Made by a program: the position numbers and the translations under genes
The notes under the pieces: generated by a model
What the model was told of the DNA's origin: nothing
What the model saw: the letters and a program-made list of their open reading frames with translations, nothing else
Database searches by the model: none
Assembly: GCA_964447395.1 (NCBI GenBank)
Contig: CAYUSO010000005.1
Span: 30,376 to 94,375 of the forward strand
Origin: an uncultured Rhizobium sp.
Lineage (GTDB): Bacteria > Pseudomonadota > Alphaproteobacteria > Rickettsiales > UBA1997
Direction of reading: 5' to 3'
DNA length: 64,000 bases
In this document: piece by piece, positions 8,895 to 18,851 of the stretch
Position numbering within the stretch: the stretch's first letter is position 1
Layout of the letters: each line of letters begins with the position of its first letter

Positions 8895-10372
8895 AATTGC
8901 ATCCAAGTCGTGATTGGGTTTTTCGCGGCCTTCACGTCGTCAAGGCGACGACGCGGTGTGTTGAGCGGATAGTTATGGAATTTTTCGCCGCGACCTTCGA
9001 CAACTTCTTTGGCGATGAAAATCATGGTGTCGATAAATTCATCGACAGTTTCTTTGGTTTCAGTTTCTGTTGGTTCGATGAGCATTGCGCCAGAAACAAC
9101 GAGCGGGAAGAAGACAGTCATTGGGTGAATGCCAAACTCAACCAAAGTTTTGGCGATGTCGAGCGTTGAAATGCCTTGCGCTTTTTGGATTTTATCGGTG
9201 AGCAAACATTCGTGCATGCAGTTGCCTGTAAATGGCACGTGATAGTGATCTTTTAATTTTGCGAGGATGTAATTGGCGCTTAAAACCGCATCTTCAGCAA
9301 CTTTTTGCAAACCGTCAGTTCCATGTGAAAGCATGTAAGTCAAGGCGCGAACATGCATTCCGAATTGTCCGTTAAAACCTTTTACTTTTCCGCAAGTTGT
9401 TTTTGGAGCTACGAGTTTGTAGGTGTTTCCATGTTTTTCGACATGCGGAGTTGGTAAAAATTCTACCAATTCTTTGCGAACCGCAATCGGGCCGGAGCCA
9501 GGTCCGCCACCGCCATGCGGAGTTGAGAAGGTTTTGTGCAAATTGAAATGCATCACGTCAACACCAATATCAGCAGGGCGAACTTTGCCTACAATGGCGT
9601 TGTAATTGGCGCCGTCGCAATAGAAATAGCCACCAACCGAGTGAATTAAATCGGCGATTTTTTTGATGTCTTTTTCGAATTTGCCGCAGGTGTTTGGATT
9701 GGTGATCATCGTGCCGGCGATTGATTTGCCATGCTCGGCAACCAATTTTTCTAGAGCTGCAACATCGATTAAACCTTCGGAATTGCTCGGAATAACTTTG
9801 ATTTGAAAGCCGCACATTGCTGCGGTTGCTGGGTTTGTGCCATGAGCTGAATCTGGAATTAAAACAATTTTTCTGCTTTCAGCTTCGCCATTTTTTTCAT
9901 GAGCTTTTTTTATCACCAACATTCCCGCCAATTCACCCTGCGCACCAGCCGCTGGAGCAAGCGAAGCCGCGCCAAGGCCGGTTAAAGTTGTGAGCCAATT
10001 TTGTAAATTAAACATCAATTCCAAAGCGCCTTGGACGGTTGATTCGTCTTGCAGCGGATGGATATCGGCAAAACCAGGTAAGCGCGCCATTTTTTCATTG
10101 AGGCGCGGATTATGTTTCATGGTGCATGAGCCCAGCGGATAAAAGCCGGCATCGATTGAATAATTCTGATTCGACAAGCGCACAAAATGGCGAATCACTT
10201 GCGGTTCGTTGACTTCCGCTAGTCCGATTTTTTCACGCTTTTCTTGGCCAGTGCGTAGGGAAAAATTCACCACCTCAGGCAAATCAACGCCGCAAGCTCC
10301 AGGACGCGATTGTTTGATGAGGAGTTCGGTTTCGTGATTTAATCCGCCGATTTCTTTTGGGGTAAATGTCAT
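8891..10372 (-). CDS. gcvPB: Glycine dehydrogenase (decarboxylating) subunit 2
   Basis: 493 aa with GSCTMKHNP, DSAHGTNPA and NLHKTFSTPHGGGGPG (PLP lysine). Confidence 0.92.
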   Translation of the reverse strand: MTFTPKEIGGLNHETELLIKQSRPGACGVDLPEVVNFSLRTGQEKREKIGLAEVNEPQVIRHFVRLSNQNYSIDAGFYPLGSCTMKHNPRLNEKMARLPGFADIHPLQDESTVQGALELMFNLQNWLTTLTGLGAASLAPAAGAQGELAGMLVIKKAHEKNGEAESRKIVLIPDSAHGTNPATAAMCGFQIKVIPSNSEGLIDVAALEKLVAEHGKSIAGTMITNPNTCGKFEKDIKKIADLIHSVGGYFYCDGANYNAIVGKVRPADIGVDVMHFNLHKTFSTPHGGGGPGSGPIAVRKELVEFLPTPHVEKHGNTYKLVAPKTTCGKVKGFNGQFGMHVRALTYMLSHGTDGLQKVAEDAVLSANYILAKLKDHYHVPFTGNCMHECLLTDKIQKAQGISTLDIAKTLVEFGIHPMTVFFPLVVSGAMLIEPTETETKETVDEFIDTMIFIAKEVVEGRGEKFHNYPLNTPRRRLDDVKAAKNPITTWMQL

Positions 10373-10379
10373 GGTTATC

Positions 10380-11657
10380 CTAATTTAAAATTTTTTCTAA
10401 CTCAGTTGCCAAAGTTTCCATATCAGCTTTGGAAGTTAATTCGCTAACCGCGAGAATCATTTTTTTGCCGTCAGCAAATCCGCCGATGATGTTTTTTTCG
10501 AGAAGTTTTTGATTCACTTCTGCTGCGTCTTTGCTGAGTTCGATTGTGAATTCATTGAAGAAATTTTTGTTCAAAATTTTCACGCCTTTCACTTTTGCTA
10601 AAATGTCAGCAAGCTCGCAAGCCTTGCCGTGATTGATTAGAGCAAGTTTTTTGAAGCCATTTTCACCAAGCAATGAGGCGTGAATTGTGAAGGCGGTGGC
10701 GCAAAGGCCTTGGTTTGAACAAATGTTAGAAGTTGCCTTTTCGCGGCGAATATGTTGTTCGCGAGCGTTGAGCGTTAGAACATAGCCAGGCTTTCCATCA
10801 ACATCAGTTGTGGCACCACAAATTCTTCCCGGCATTTGACGCACGAATTCTTTGCGGCAAGCGAAGAATCCTAAAAGTGGGCCGCCGAAATTTAATCCAA
10901 CGCCAAGGCTTGAAGCCTCGCCAACTGCGATGTCGGCTTGTTTTGGTGCGGCGAGAAGTCCGAGTGATAAAATCTCGTTAGTGACTACAATCAGTAGCGC
11001 GCCGGCTGCTTCGCATTTTTTTCTAACTTCGTCGAGATTGTTAATTTCGCCGTAAAAATCGGGATATTGCACAATGACTGCAGCGCAGGATTCGTCGATA
11101 TTGACAGTGAATTTTGCCTCATTCAAATCGAGATAAGTTTTGGTGACGTCGAGATAATCTGGATGAATGTGACCAAGAGTTGCGATGTTTTTTCTGCCCG
11201 ATTTTATGCGCAGCGCCATGAGACACGCTTCCGCCATTGACGTGGCTCCGTCATACATTGAAGCATTGGCAATTTCCATTCCAGTAAGCAGCGCGATGAT
11301 GCTTTGGAATTGGAAAATTGTTGCCAAAGTTCCTTGCGAAATTTCTGGCTGATATGGCGTGTAAGAAGTTAAAAATTCTGAACGCTGAATGATGTGATCA
11401 ACAGCGGCTGGAATGTGATGTTTGTAGCATCCAGCGCCGAGGAAAAATGCGCCGGCAGAAGCGGCACGATTTTTTTGTGCCATGATTTGTAGGGCATTTT
11501 CTACCTCAATTTCGCCTTGGTGATTTGGCAAATTTTCGATTGGTTTTTGACGCAAAAATTCTTGTGGAACAGCATCGTAAAGTTCATCAATTTTAGAGAC
11601 GCCGATAGCGGCAAGCATCTCTTGCCGATCCTTCTCGGTCAAGGCTAGATAACGCAT
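10380..11657 (-). CDS. gcvPA: Glycine dehydrogenase (decarboxylating) subunit 1
   Basis: 425 aa with SEFLTSYTPYQPEISQGTL and NASMYDGATSMAEA. It lies immediately upstream of gcvPB. Confidence 0.92.
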   Translation of the reverse strand: MRYLALTEKDRQEMLAAIGVSKIDELYDAVPQEFLRQKPIENLPNHQGEIEVENALQIMAQKNRAASAGAFFLGAGCYKHHIPAAVDHIIQRSEFLTSYTPYQPEISQGTLATIFQFQSIIALLTGMEIANASMYDGATSMAEACLMALRIKSGRKNIATLGHIHPDYLDVTKTYLDLNEAKFTVNIDESCAAVIVQYPDFYGEINNLDEVRKKCEAAGALLIVVTNEILSLGLLAAPKQADIAVGEASSLGVGLNFGGPLLGFFACRKEFVRQMPGRICGATTDVDGKPGYVLTLNAREQHIRREKATSNICSNQGLCATAFTIHASLLGENGFKKLALINHGKACELADILAKVKGVKILNKNFFNEFTIELSKDAAEVNQKLLEKNIIGGFADGKKMILAVSELTSKADMETLATELEKILN

Positions 11658-11795
11658 TTGATTTAGGGATTTAAGTTTAAAAAATTGGGGCGGCGCAAGC
11701 TAGGAGTAAAGGAGTAAAGTTCAAGGAGAATTTGTTGATTGTCGGGGGGTGTTATTCTGCGATAGACTAAAACTTTTTAGTTCTACGAAACCTCT

Positions 11796-11894
11796 CAGCT
11801 CCCCGAGCGGAGTCGAGGGGATAAGAGTTTGCTTTCTTACCCCCTCGACGCAGTGTGGGGAGCTGAAATCATAAGTCACTTTGCTCGGGGAGCT
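11796..11894. repeat. Palindromic repeat family B (CCCCGAGCGGAGTCGAGGGG ... CCCCTCGACTCCGCTCGGGG)
   Basis: cagctccccgagcggagtcgagggg ... cccctcgacgcagtgtggggagctg plus an extra gctcggggagct. It lies between hisA and gcvPA. Confidence 0.8.
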
Positions 11895-11931
11895 AAATCT
11901 TGCGAGTCAGAAATAATCGCTGATTATTGCA

Positions 11932-12648
11932 TCACAGTCGCACCAAATCTTCCGCTTTCACTTTTTTGTCATAAATCGCGCGGCCAACAATGGCGCCGAT
12001 TACACCATCTTTTTCCAGATCTTTAATTTTTAAAACATCGTCAAAATTAGAAACTCCGCCAGAAGCGATTACGGGAATTTTTAGCGATTGTGCTAGTTTT
12101 TTTGTTCCTTCCAAATCAGCGCCAGATAAGGTTCCATCGCGAGAAATGTCGGTGTAAATTATAGCGCTTACACCGCAATCTTCGAATTTTTTTGCTAGTT
12201 CCAAAACTGAAATTTCAGAAGTTTCAACCCAGCCTTCAGTTGCAACGAAGCCGTTTTTTGCATCAATTCCAATCACGATTTTTCCGGGAAATTTTTTGCA
12301 GGCTTCAATCACTAATTCAGGATTTTTTGCGGCGATTGTTCCAAGAATTACGCGGCTCACGCCTAAGTTAAGCCATTTCTCAATTTGCTCTAAATTTCTG
12401 ATCCCGCCACCAAGTTGAGTCGGAATTTTTATCGCGGATAAAATTTCTTTTACCGATTCTTCATTTCTGCTTTCACCAGCAATGGCGCCGTCCAAATCAA
12501 CAATGTGTAAAAATTTGAAACCGGATTTTTCAAATTCTTGTGCCTGATTTTTTGGGCTAGAATTAAAAATTGTCGCCTGATTCATGTCGCCTTTAAACAG
12601 GCGCACACATTGGCCGTTTTTAAGATCGATTGCTGGAAAAATTATCAT
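11932..12648 (-). CDS. hisA: ProFAR isomerase (histidine biosynthesis)
   Basis: MIIFPAIDLKNGQCVRL, HIVDLDGA and IASGGVS, 238 aa. Confidence 0.9.
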   Translation of the reverse strand: MIIFPAIDLKNGQCVRLFKGDMNQATIFNSSPKNQAQEFEKSGFKFLHIVDLDGAIAGESRNEESVKEILSAIKIPTQLGGGIRNLEQIEKWLNLGVSRVILGTIAAKNPELVIEACKKFPGKIVIGIDAKNGFVATEGWVETSEISVLELAKKFEDCGVSAIIYTDISRDGTLSGADLEGTKKLAQSLKIPVIASGGVSNFDDVLKIKDLEKDGVIGAIVGRAIYDKKVKAEDLVRL

Positions 12649-12729
12649 GATTTTGATTTTCGATTTAGTTTTGTGCTTCTAGTTTTAGAGCTTCTCTTTG
12701 AAGCTAAACAATAAAATTCTTTTAAAAAA

Positions 12730-13005
12730 ATGCTAAAATTTTTCTTAAAAATCTGGCCAGCTCTAATTCCAATCGCGGTTTATGTTTTTTGGATTTTTGT
12801 CATCGAGCGATTTTTAATCGGAAAACTTTTGGCAAAATTTTTAAAGAAAAAGACTGAATTTGAGGCGGAAAAAGTGGTGGGTGAAAAATCAACCGCCGTA
12901 AAAAAACCGGGCATATTTTCGCTGCAAAATTCTTGTTTTGTGGTGATGCTTTACATGAGTTTTGCTCTGGCAATTTTGATTCTGATTGTGACGGCATTTT
13001 CGTAA
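12730..13005 (+). CDS. Hypothetical small membrane protein
   Basis: 91-aa ORF with two predicted hydrophobic helices. No recognisable family, so coding status is uncertain. Confidence 0.3.
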   Translation: MLKFFLKIWPALIPIAVYVFWIFVIERFLIGKLLAKFLKKKTEFEAEKVVGEKSTAVKKPGIFSLQNSCFVVMLYMSFALAILILIVTAFS

Positions 13006-13184
13006 AAAAATTAGGTTGCAATTTTTCAATCGATTCCTAGAAAGCCCCGCCTCGCTTGAGTTCTTCAGGCGATTTTCATTTTTAATTCCACAAAAACAGC
13101 GCTTTGGTGTTGGCTTCAAGCCTTGTTAATCAAGACTTGGGCTGATTTGCTGCTTTTTGGTAACTAACCAATATTTTTTAAATT

Positions 13185-14153
13185 ATGTCAAAAACAGAAC
13201 TTCCTCAATTCAGCATCAGACAACTCCTCGAAGCTGGAATTCACTTCGGTCACAAGACCATGCGCCGTAATCCAAAAATGGCGAAATATGTCCACACAAA
13301 CCGCAACGGCATCAGCATCATCGACCTCAACAAAACTGCCAGCTTGCTTCACAATTCGCTAAAAATTGTGAAAGAAATCGCTAAAAATAACGGTCGAATT
13401 TTATTCGTTGCAACCAAGAAACAAGCCATTGATCCAGTTGCTGAAGCAGCAAAAAGATGTGGTCAATATTACGTAAATTTCCGTTGGTTAGGCGGCATGT
13501 TGACAAACTGGAAAACGGTTTCTCAATCAATCAAAACCTTGAAGCAAATCGAAGAAAAACTCGCCGATTCTGAATTCGGTTATAATAAAAAAGAAAAGCT
13601 CGTTCTTGAAAGACAAAGAACAAAGCTTGAGCAAGCTTTGGGCGGCATCAAAAACATGGGCGGATATCCAGATTTGGTTTTCGTTATCGATACCAACAAA
13701 GAAACCTTGGCGGTTGCTGAAGCTAAGAAACTCAACATTCCAATCATGGCAATTCTTGATACTAACTGCAATCCAGAAGGCATTGCTTACCCAATTCCAG
13801 GAAATGACGATTCAGCAAAATCAATCAAACTTTTCTGTCGTTTAATTTCTGATGCAGCAATCGCTGGAATTAAAGAAAACATGGCTTTGGCTGGTGTTGA
13901 TGTTTCAAAATTTGAAGGCGACGAATTGCCGGCAAATATTCACGAATTGAAAAAACCTGCCGCAAAGCACGATTCGCACAAATCTGACGACAAAAAACCT
14001 GCTAAAAAAGATCATCACAAAAAAGACGAAAAACCGGCGGCAAAAAAAGACGAAAAATCTGAAAAAAAATCTAGCAAACCGGCGGCAAAAAAATCTGACG
14101 TAAAAGTTGTCACTAAAAAACCGGCGGCAAAAAAACCAGCTGCAAAAAAATAA
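13185..14153 (+). CDS. rpsB: 30S ribosomal protein S2 with Lys/Ala/Pro-rich C-terminal extension
   Basis: LLEAGIHFGHKTMRRNPKM and FRWLGGMLTNW. It heads the conserved rpsB-tsf-pyrH-frr block. Confidence 0.95.
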   Translation: MSKTELPQFSIRQLLEAGIHFGHKTMRRNPKMAKYVHTNRNGISIIDLNKTASLLHNSLKIVKEIAKNNGRILFVATKKQAIDPVAEAAKRCGQYYVNFRWLGGMLTNWKTVSQSIKTLKQIEEKLADSEFGYNKKEKLVLERQRTKLEQALGGIKNMGGYPDLVFVIDTNKETLAVAEAKKLNIPIMAILDTNCNPEGIAYPIPGNDDSAKSIKLFCRLISDAAIAGIKENMALAGVDVSKFEGDELPANIHELKKPAAKHDSHKSDDKKPAKKDHHKKDEKPAAKKDEKSEKKSSKPAAKKSDVKVVTKKPAAKKPAAKK

Positions 14154-14245
14154 TTTAAACCGCGTTGCCGCAAGTTGTTAGTAGGGAAGGCGGCGCGGTT
14201 TAAATTCTCTAAATTTCTTTCTTAAAATTCTTAAATTTCGAAAAT

Positions 14246-15136
14246 ATGGCGGATTTAGCACTCATTAAAAAACTGCGCGAAACCACAGGATGCGGTATCG
14301 CAGATTGCAACAAAGCTTTGGCCGAAAATTCTGACGATTTTGAAAAGTCGGTTGATTGGCTTCGTAAAAAAGGCCTCTCCTCTGCGGCAAAAAAATCTGG
14401 CCGCATCGCTTCTGAAGGCGTTGTAGCCGTTGCGATTTCTGGAAAAAAAGCTGCGGTAGTTGAAGTTAATTCTGAAACTGACTTCGTTGCTCGTAACGAA
14501 AATTTCCAAAAATTCGTCGCTAAAATTTCTCAAGAAGCTTTGGCTTTTGGTGATGATATCGCCAAATTTCAGGCTGAAAAAGATGAAGAAGTTAAAGGTC
14601 AAATCGGCGTAATTGGCGAAAATATCAACATTCGTCGTCTCGCTTCTCTAGAGGTTTCGCAAGGTTTGGTTGTTAGTTATATTCACAATTCAATTGCTCC
14701 AAACATGGGAAAAATCGCCGTGTTGGTTGCTCTCGAATCAACTGCTTCTGAAGAAAAATTGCACGAAATTGGCAAACAAATTGCGATGCATATTGCTGCT
14801 GCAAAACCAGATGCTCTTGCAATCGAAAATGTTGAGCCAGCAAAACTTGCTCGCGAAACTGAAATTCTCAAAGAACAAGCTCGCGCCTCAGGAAAGCCTG
14901 AAAGCATCATCGATAAAATGATCGAAGGTCGCATCAGAAAATATTACGAAGAAGTGGTTCTTTTAGAGCAGCTTTTTGTGATGGATGACAAAGTCAAAAT
15001 CAAAGACTTGATTGCGAAATTTTCTAAAGAAAATTCTGCGACAAAAATTTCTGGTTTTAAGCTTTTCATTCTTGGTGACGGCATCGAAAAGAAAGAAAAT
15101 GATTTCGCTGCTGAAGTGGCATCAATGACCAGATAA
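14246..15136 (+). CDS. tsf: Elongation factor Ts
   Basis: IKKLRETTGCGIADCNKAL and ETDFVARNE, in conserved position after rpsB. Confidence 0.95.
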   Translation: MADLALIKKLRETTGCGIADCNKALAENSDDFEKSVDWLRKKGLSSAAKKSGRIASEGVVAVAISGKKAAVVEVNSETDFVARNENFQKFVAKISQEALAFGDDIAKFQAEKDEEVKGQIGVIGENINIRRLASLEVSQGLVVSYIHNSIAPNMGKIAVLVALESTASEEKLHEIGKQIAMHIAAAKPDALAIENVEPAKLARETEILKEQARASGKPESIIDKMIEGRIRKYYEEVVLLEQLFVMDDKVKIKDLIAKFSKENSATKISGFKLFILGDGIEKKENDFAAEVASMTR

Positions 15137-15224
15137 AAATGCTTCGCATTTTTAGGAGTTAGAAAATCCGGCGCTTAAGGGCGGCCTTAAGCGCCTATAT
15201 CAAGATCGAGTAAACTCTAAGAAA

Positions 15225-15941
15225 ATGAAATCTGATCTAAAATTCAAACGAATCCTCTTCAAAGTCTCCGGTGAAGCGATGATGGGAGACAGAGCTTTTG
15301 GTCACGATCCGCAAGCAATTTCAAAAATCTGCAATCAAATAATTTCCGCGCATAAGTTGGGCTGCGAAGTTTGTGTTGTTGTTGGCGGCGGCAATATTTT
15401 TCGTGGAGTTTCTCAAGCTGCAGCTGGAATGGAGCGCGTTAGTGCGGACTACATGGGAATGCTTGCTACCTGCATCAACGGCCTTGCTTTGCAATCAGCA
15501 CTTGATGCGAAAAAAGTTGATACGCGCATGCTTTCGGCAATTCCGATGAATACCGTTTGTGAGCCTTACATCAAGCGCCGTGCCGCTCGCCATCTCGAAA
15601 AAGGTCGTGTTGTTATTTTTTCTGCTGGAACTGGAAATCCATTTTTTACAACTGACACCGCCGCGATCCTACGCGCCGTTGAAATGGGATGCGATGTAAT
15701 TTTGAAAGGCACGCAAGTTGATGGCGTTTATTCCGCAGATCCAAAAGTCGATAAAACCGCTACGCGCTACGAAAAAGTAAAATATATCGACGTTATCAAA
15801 CAAGATCTCCGCGTCATGGATCAAACCGCAATTACTCTCGCCAAAGACAACAAACTCCCAATCGTAGTTTTCTCGATCAAAGAGGAAAATGCCTTGCAGG
15901 AAGTGGTTTGCGGAAGAGGAAAATTTACGATTATCAATTGA
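15225..15941 (+). CDS. pyrH: UMP kinase
   Basis: [20 protein letters not shown] and [13 protein letters not shown]. Confidence 0.95.
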   Translation: MKSDLKFKRILFKVSGEAMMGDRAFGHDPQAISKICNQIISAHKLGCEVCVVVGGGNIFRGVSQAAAGMERVSADYMGMLATCINGLALQSALDAKKVDTRMLSAIPMNTVCEPYIKRRAARHLEKGRVVIFSAGTGNPFFTTDTAAILRAVEMGCDVILKGTQVDGVYSADPKVDKTATRYEKVKYIDVIKQDLRVMDQTAITLAKDNKLPIVVFSIKEENALQEVVCGRGKFTIIN

Positions 15942-15958
15942 ACTAAATCCCAAAATTT

Positions 15959-16510
15959 ATGATCAATCAACTCGCCGAAAAAACTCGCAACAAAATGGAT
16001 GAAACCATGAATTCGCTGAAGCGCGACATGGATTCAATTTCAACTGGGCGCGCAAATCCGAATTTGCTCGATGCCATCAGAGTCGAAGTTTACGGCAGCA
16101 TGATGCCGATTTCCCAAGTGGCGAGCATATCGGTGCCTGAAGCCACAACTCTTTCGGTGCAAGTTTGGGATCGCGAAAATGTTAAGGCTTTGGAAAAAGC
16201 CATCATCAATGCCAATCTCGGTTTTAATCCGATGGTTGATGGAACGACGCTGCGCATTGCTATTCCCAAACTTAGTGAAGAACGTCGCCGCGATTTAGTG
16301 AAGCTCGCGAAAAAATATGGCGAAGACAAAAAAATCGCGCTGCGCAATATTCGTCGTGATGTTCTCGACGAATTTAAAAAACACGAAAAAGAACTCGGCA
16401 AAGATCAGAGCCATTCCTTCACTGACATCGTGCAAAAAATTACCGATGAATTCGTCAAGAAAGTTGATGATGCTGTTCTCGTAAAAGAAAAAGATTTGAT
16501 GAAAATTTAA
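15959..16510 (+). CDS. frr: Ribosome recycling factor
   Basis: TGRANPNLLD, IPKLSEERRRDLVK and RNIRRD, 183 aa. Confidence 0.95.
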   Translation: MINQLAEKTRNKMDETMNSLKRDMDSISTGRANPNLLDAIRVEVYGSMMPISQVASISVPEATTLSVQVWDRENVKALEKAIINANLGFNPMVDGTTLRIAIPKLSEERRRDLVKLAKKYGEDKKIALRNIRRDVLDEFKKHEKELGKDQSHSFTDIVQKITDEFVKKVDDAVLVKEKDLMKI

Positions 16511-17250
16511 TGTTTTTTTCCCGCAAAAAAAATCGCGATGAAGCTAGTAATTACAACATTCCTCAGCATATTGCCATCATCATGGATGGCAATGCCAGAT
16601 GGGCGAAGCAAAAAAATCTTCCGCTAAAAATTGGACATAAAAACGGTTCGGAAAATTTACGCAAAGTTGCAGAAAATTGCATCGAACTCGGCGTGAAATT
16701 TCTCACTGTTTATGCTTTTTCCTCCGAAAACTGGAATCGTCCGCAGGAGGAAGTGGATTATCTGATGAAGCTGCTCGAGGAATATCTCGAAAAAGAAACC
16801 AAGCCTTTGATGGAAAAAAATATCAAAATTGTGATTTCAGGAAATCTCGAAAAAGTTTCCGAATCAGCGAAAGCTAAAATCGATAAAATTCAAAACGTCA
16901 CCAAAAACAATTCGGCTCTGACGCTAAATATCGCCTTTTCTTATGGCGCCAGACAAGAAATTGCCGATGCGGTGAGGAAGATAGCGCTTGCGACTAGTGA
17001 AGGCAAAATTAGCCTCTCGCAAATCAACGAAGAGTTGATCTCGCAAAATCTTTATCATCCAGAAATTTCAGATCCCGACCTTCTAATCAGAACCGCGGGC
17101 GATCTGCGAGTTAGTAATTTTCTGCTGTGGCAAATTGCTTATAGCGAATTTTATTTCACTCCAACTTTCTGGCCTGATTTCGGCAAAAAAGATTTACTCG
17201 ACGCGATAAAAAATTTTAACCAAAGAGAGAGGCGATATGGAAAAAGATAA
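16510..17250 (+). CDS. uppS: Undecaprenyl diphosphate synthase
   Basis: HIAIIMDGNARWA, TVYAFSSENWNRP and RTAGDLRVSNFLLWQIAYSEFYF. Confidence 0.92.
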   Translation: MFFSRKKNRDEASNYNIPQHIAIIMDGNARWAKQKNLPLKIGHKNGSENLRKVAENCIELGVKFLTVYAFSSENWNRPQEEVDYLMKLLEEYLEKETKPLMEKNIKIVISGNLEKVSESAKAKIDKIQNVTKNNSALTLNIAFSYGARQEIADAVRKIALATSEGKISLSQINEELISQNLYHPEISDPDLLIRTAGDLRVSNFLLWQIAYSEFYFTPTFWPDFGKKDLLDAIKNFNQRERRYGKR

Positions 17251-17989
17251 GCTCACAAAATTGCTCAGCATTTTAGAAAAACCGGTTTTTTTGGTGCGAA
17301 ATTTCTTCAATAAAATCATCTCGCACATTCATTTTCTTGATCCGCGCGAAAATACTAAGCAGCGCGTTGTCACCGCTCTAATCTTAATTCCCTTCGCTCT
17401 TTACGCGATTTTTTATTCGAAAAATCTTTTCATTTTAATCGCGATTGCAGTTGCGATGATGATGACAGTTGAGTGGATCGACATGACTAAAAATCAGCCC
17501 GATCAAAAAAAATGGCGCATAATCGGATTTTTTTACATTCTGATTCCAGTTTATTCCGTCATTAAAATCCGACTTTACGACGCTGACATTTTATTCTGGA
17601 TGTTTGCCGTAATTTGGGCGACCGACATTTTTGCATTTTTTGCTGGCAGGACTTTAGGCGGAACAAAATTAGCGCCAAATATCAGTCCAAATAAAACCTG
17701 GTCAGGTCTTGCAGGTGGAGTTGTTGCGAGCGTTATAATAGGCTTTATGAGCTCATTCATGTTTGCTGGTGGAGTTTTGTTTTTTGTTTTTATCAGTGCA
17801 TTTTTGGCTTTGATTGAACAGGCAAGTGATTTGCTTGAGTCAAAATTTAAACGAATTTGTGGCGTAAAGGATTCTGGAACGATCATTCCAGGACATGGTG
17901 GAGTGCTTGATAGACTTGACGGCATGATGCTAGTTGCACCAACAGTTTTGTTTTTAATTACAGTTTTCCCAAGCAAATTTGGTGGTTAG
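17237..17989 (+). CDS. cdsA: Phosphatidate cytidylyltransferase
   Basis: Multi-TM protein with SPNKTWSG and FKRICGVKDSGTIIPGHGGVLDRLD. It follows uppS. Confidence 0.85.
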   Translation: MEKDKLTKLLSILEKPVFLVRNFFNKIISHIHFLDPRENTKQRVVTALILIPFALYAIFYSKNLFILIAIAVAMMMTVEWIDMTKNQPDQKKWRIIGFFYILIPVYSVIKIRLYDADILFWMFAVIWATDIFAFFAGRTLGGTKLAPNISPNKTWSGLAGGVVASVIIGFMSSFMFAGGVLFFVFISAFLALIEQASDLLESKFKRICGVKDSGTIIPGHGGVLDRLDGMMLVAPTVLFLITVFPSKFGG

Positions 17990-17997
17990 TTAAAATC

Positions 17998-18064
17998 AGG
18001 TCCCCGAGCGGAGTTGAGGGGCCGGAATACAAACTCACGGCCCCTCGACTCCGCTCGGGGACCT
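17998..18064. repeat. Family B palindrome
   Basis: aggtccccgagcggagttgaggggccggaatacaaactcacggcccctcgactccgctcggggacct, between cdsA and thiG. Confidence 0.9.
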
Positions 18065-18074
18065 TATAAAGTGT

Positions 18075-18851
18075 ATGACTCAAGATTTTTTCGAAATAGC
18101 TGGCCACAAATTTTCTTCCCGTCTTTTGGTTGGAACCGGTAAATACAAAGATTTCCAAGAAACCGCGGCAGCCATTGAGGCATCTGGCGCGGAGATTGTC
18201 ACGGTTGCAGTTCGTCGCGTGAATATCGAGAAAAAAGGCGAGCCAATGTTGCAAGATTTTCTCGATCCAAAAAAATATACCTACCTTCCAAATACTGCGG
18301 GATGTTTTACCGCCGATGATGCGGTGCGCACTTTGCGCCTAGCTCGCGCTGCTGGTGGATGGAAATTGGTAAAACTCGAAGTTTTAGCTGACGAAAAAAC
18401 TCTTTACCCAAAAGTTGTTGAAACCATCAAAGCCGCGGAAATGTTGATCAAAGACGGTTTTGACGTAATGGTTTACACTTCCGATGATCCAATTGTTGCC
18501 AGAGAACTCGAAGATATCGGCTGCTGCGCCATCATGCCGCTTGCAGCTCCAATCGGTTCTGGTCTCGGAATTCAGAATCGCTTAAACATCGAATTCATCG
18601 TCGAACAATCAAAAGTTCCGGTTTTAGTTGATGCCGGAGTTGGCACGGCTTCTGACGCCGCAATCGCCATGGAACTTGGCTGCGCCGGCGTTCTAATGAA
18701 CACCGCAATCGCCAAAGCGCAAAATCCAATTCTCATGGCGCACGCCATGAAACTTGCAATCGAAGCCGGCCGCGCCGCTTATCTTGCCGGCAGAATGGAA
18801 AGAAAAAAATTCGCTTCGCCTTCATCTCCAATAGTAGGAAAAATTTCATGA
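18075..18851 (+). CDS. thiG: Thiazole synthase
   Basis: [29 protein letters not shown] and [12 protein letters not shown]. Confidence 0.9.
   Translation: MTQDFFEIAGHKFSSRLLVGTGKYKDFQETAAAIEASGAEIVTVAVRRVNIEKKGEPMLQDFLDPKKYTYLPNTAGCFTADDAVRTLRLARAAGGWKLVKLEVLADEKTLYPKVVETIKAAEMLIKDGFDVMVYTSDDPIVARELEDIGCCAIMPLAAPIGSGLGIQNRLNIEFIVEQSKVPVLVDAGVGTASDAAIAMELGCAGVLMNTAIAKAQNPILMAHAMKLAIEAGRAAYLAGRMERKKFASPSSPIVGKIS

Noticed and set aside
11658-11931. Glycine riboswitch upstream of gcvPA (and upstream of secG-gcvT at 43539-43647).
   Set aside because: Neither leader contains the conserved glycine-aptamer core as I recall it (GGAGAG...ACCGAAGGGGCAA...CUCAGGCAAAAGGAC-like elements). The 11.8-kb leader is mostly a family B palindrome. 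A covariance-model search would be needed to be certain.
17990-18074. TPP riboswitch upstream of thiG.
   Set aside because: A family B palindrome fills the spacer. No CUGAGA or ACCUGAUCUGGAUAAUGCCAGCG-like THI-box motifs are present.
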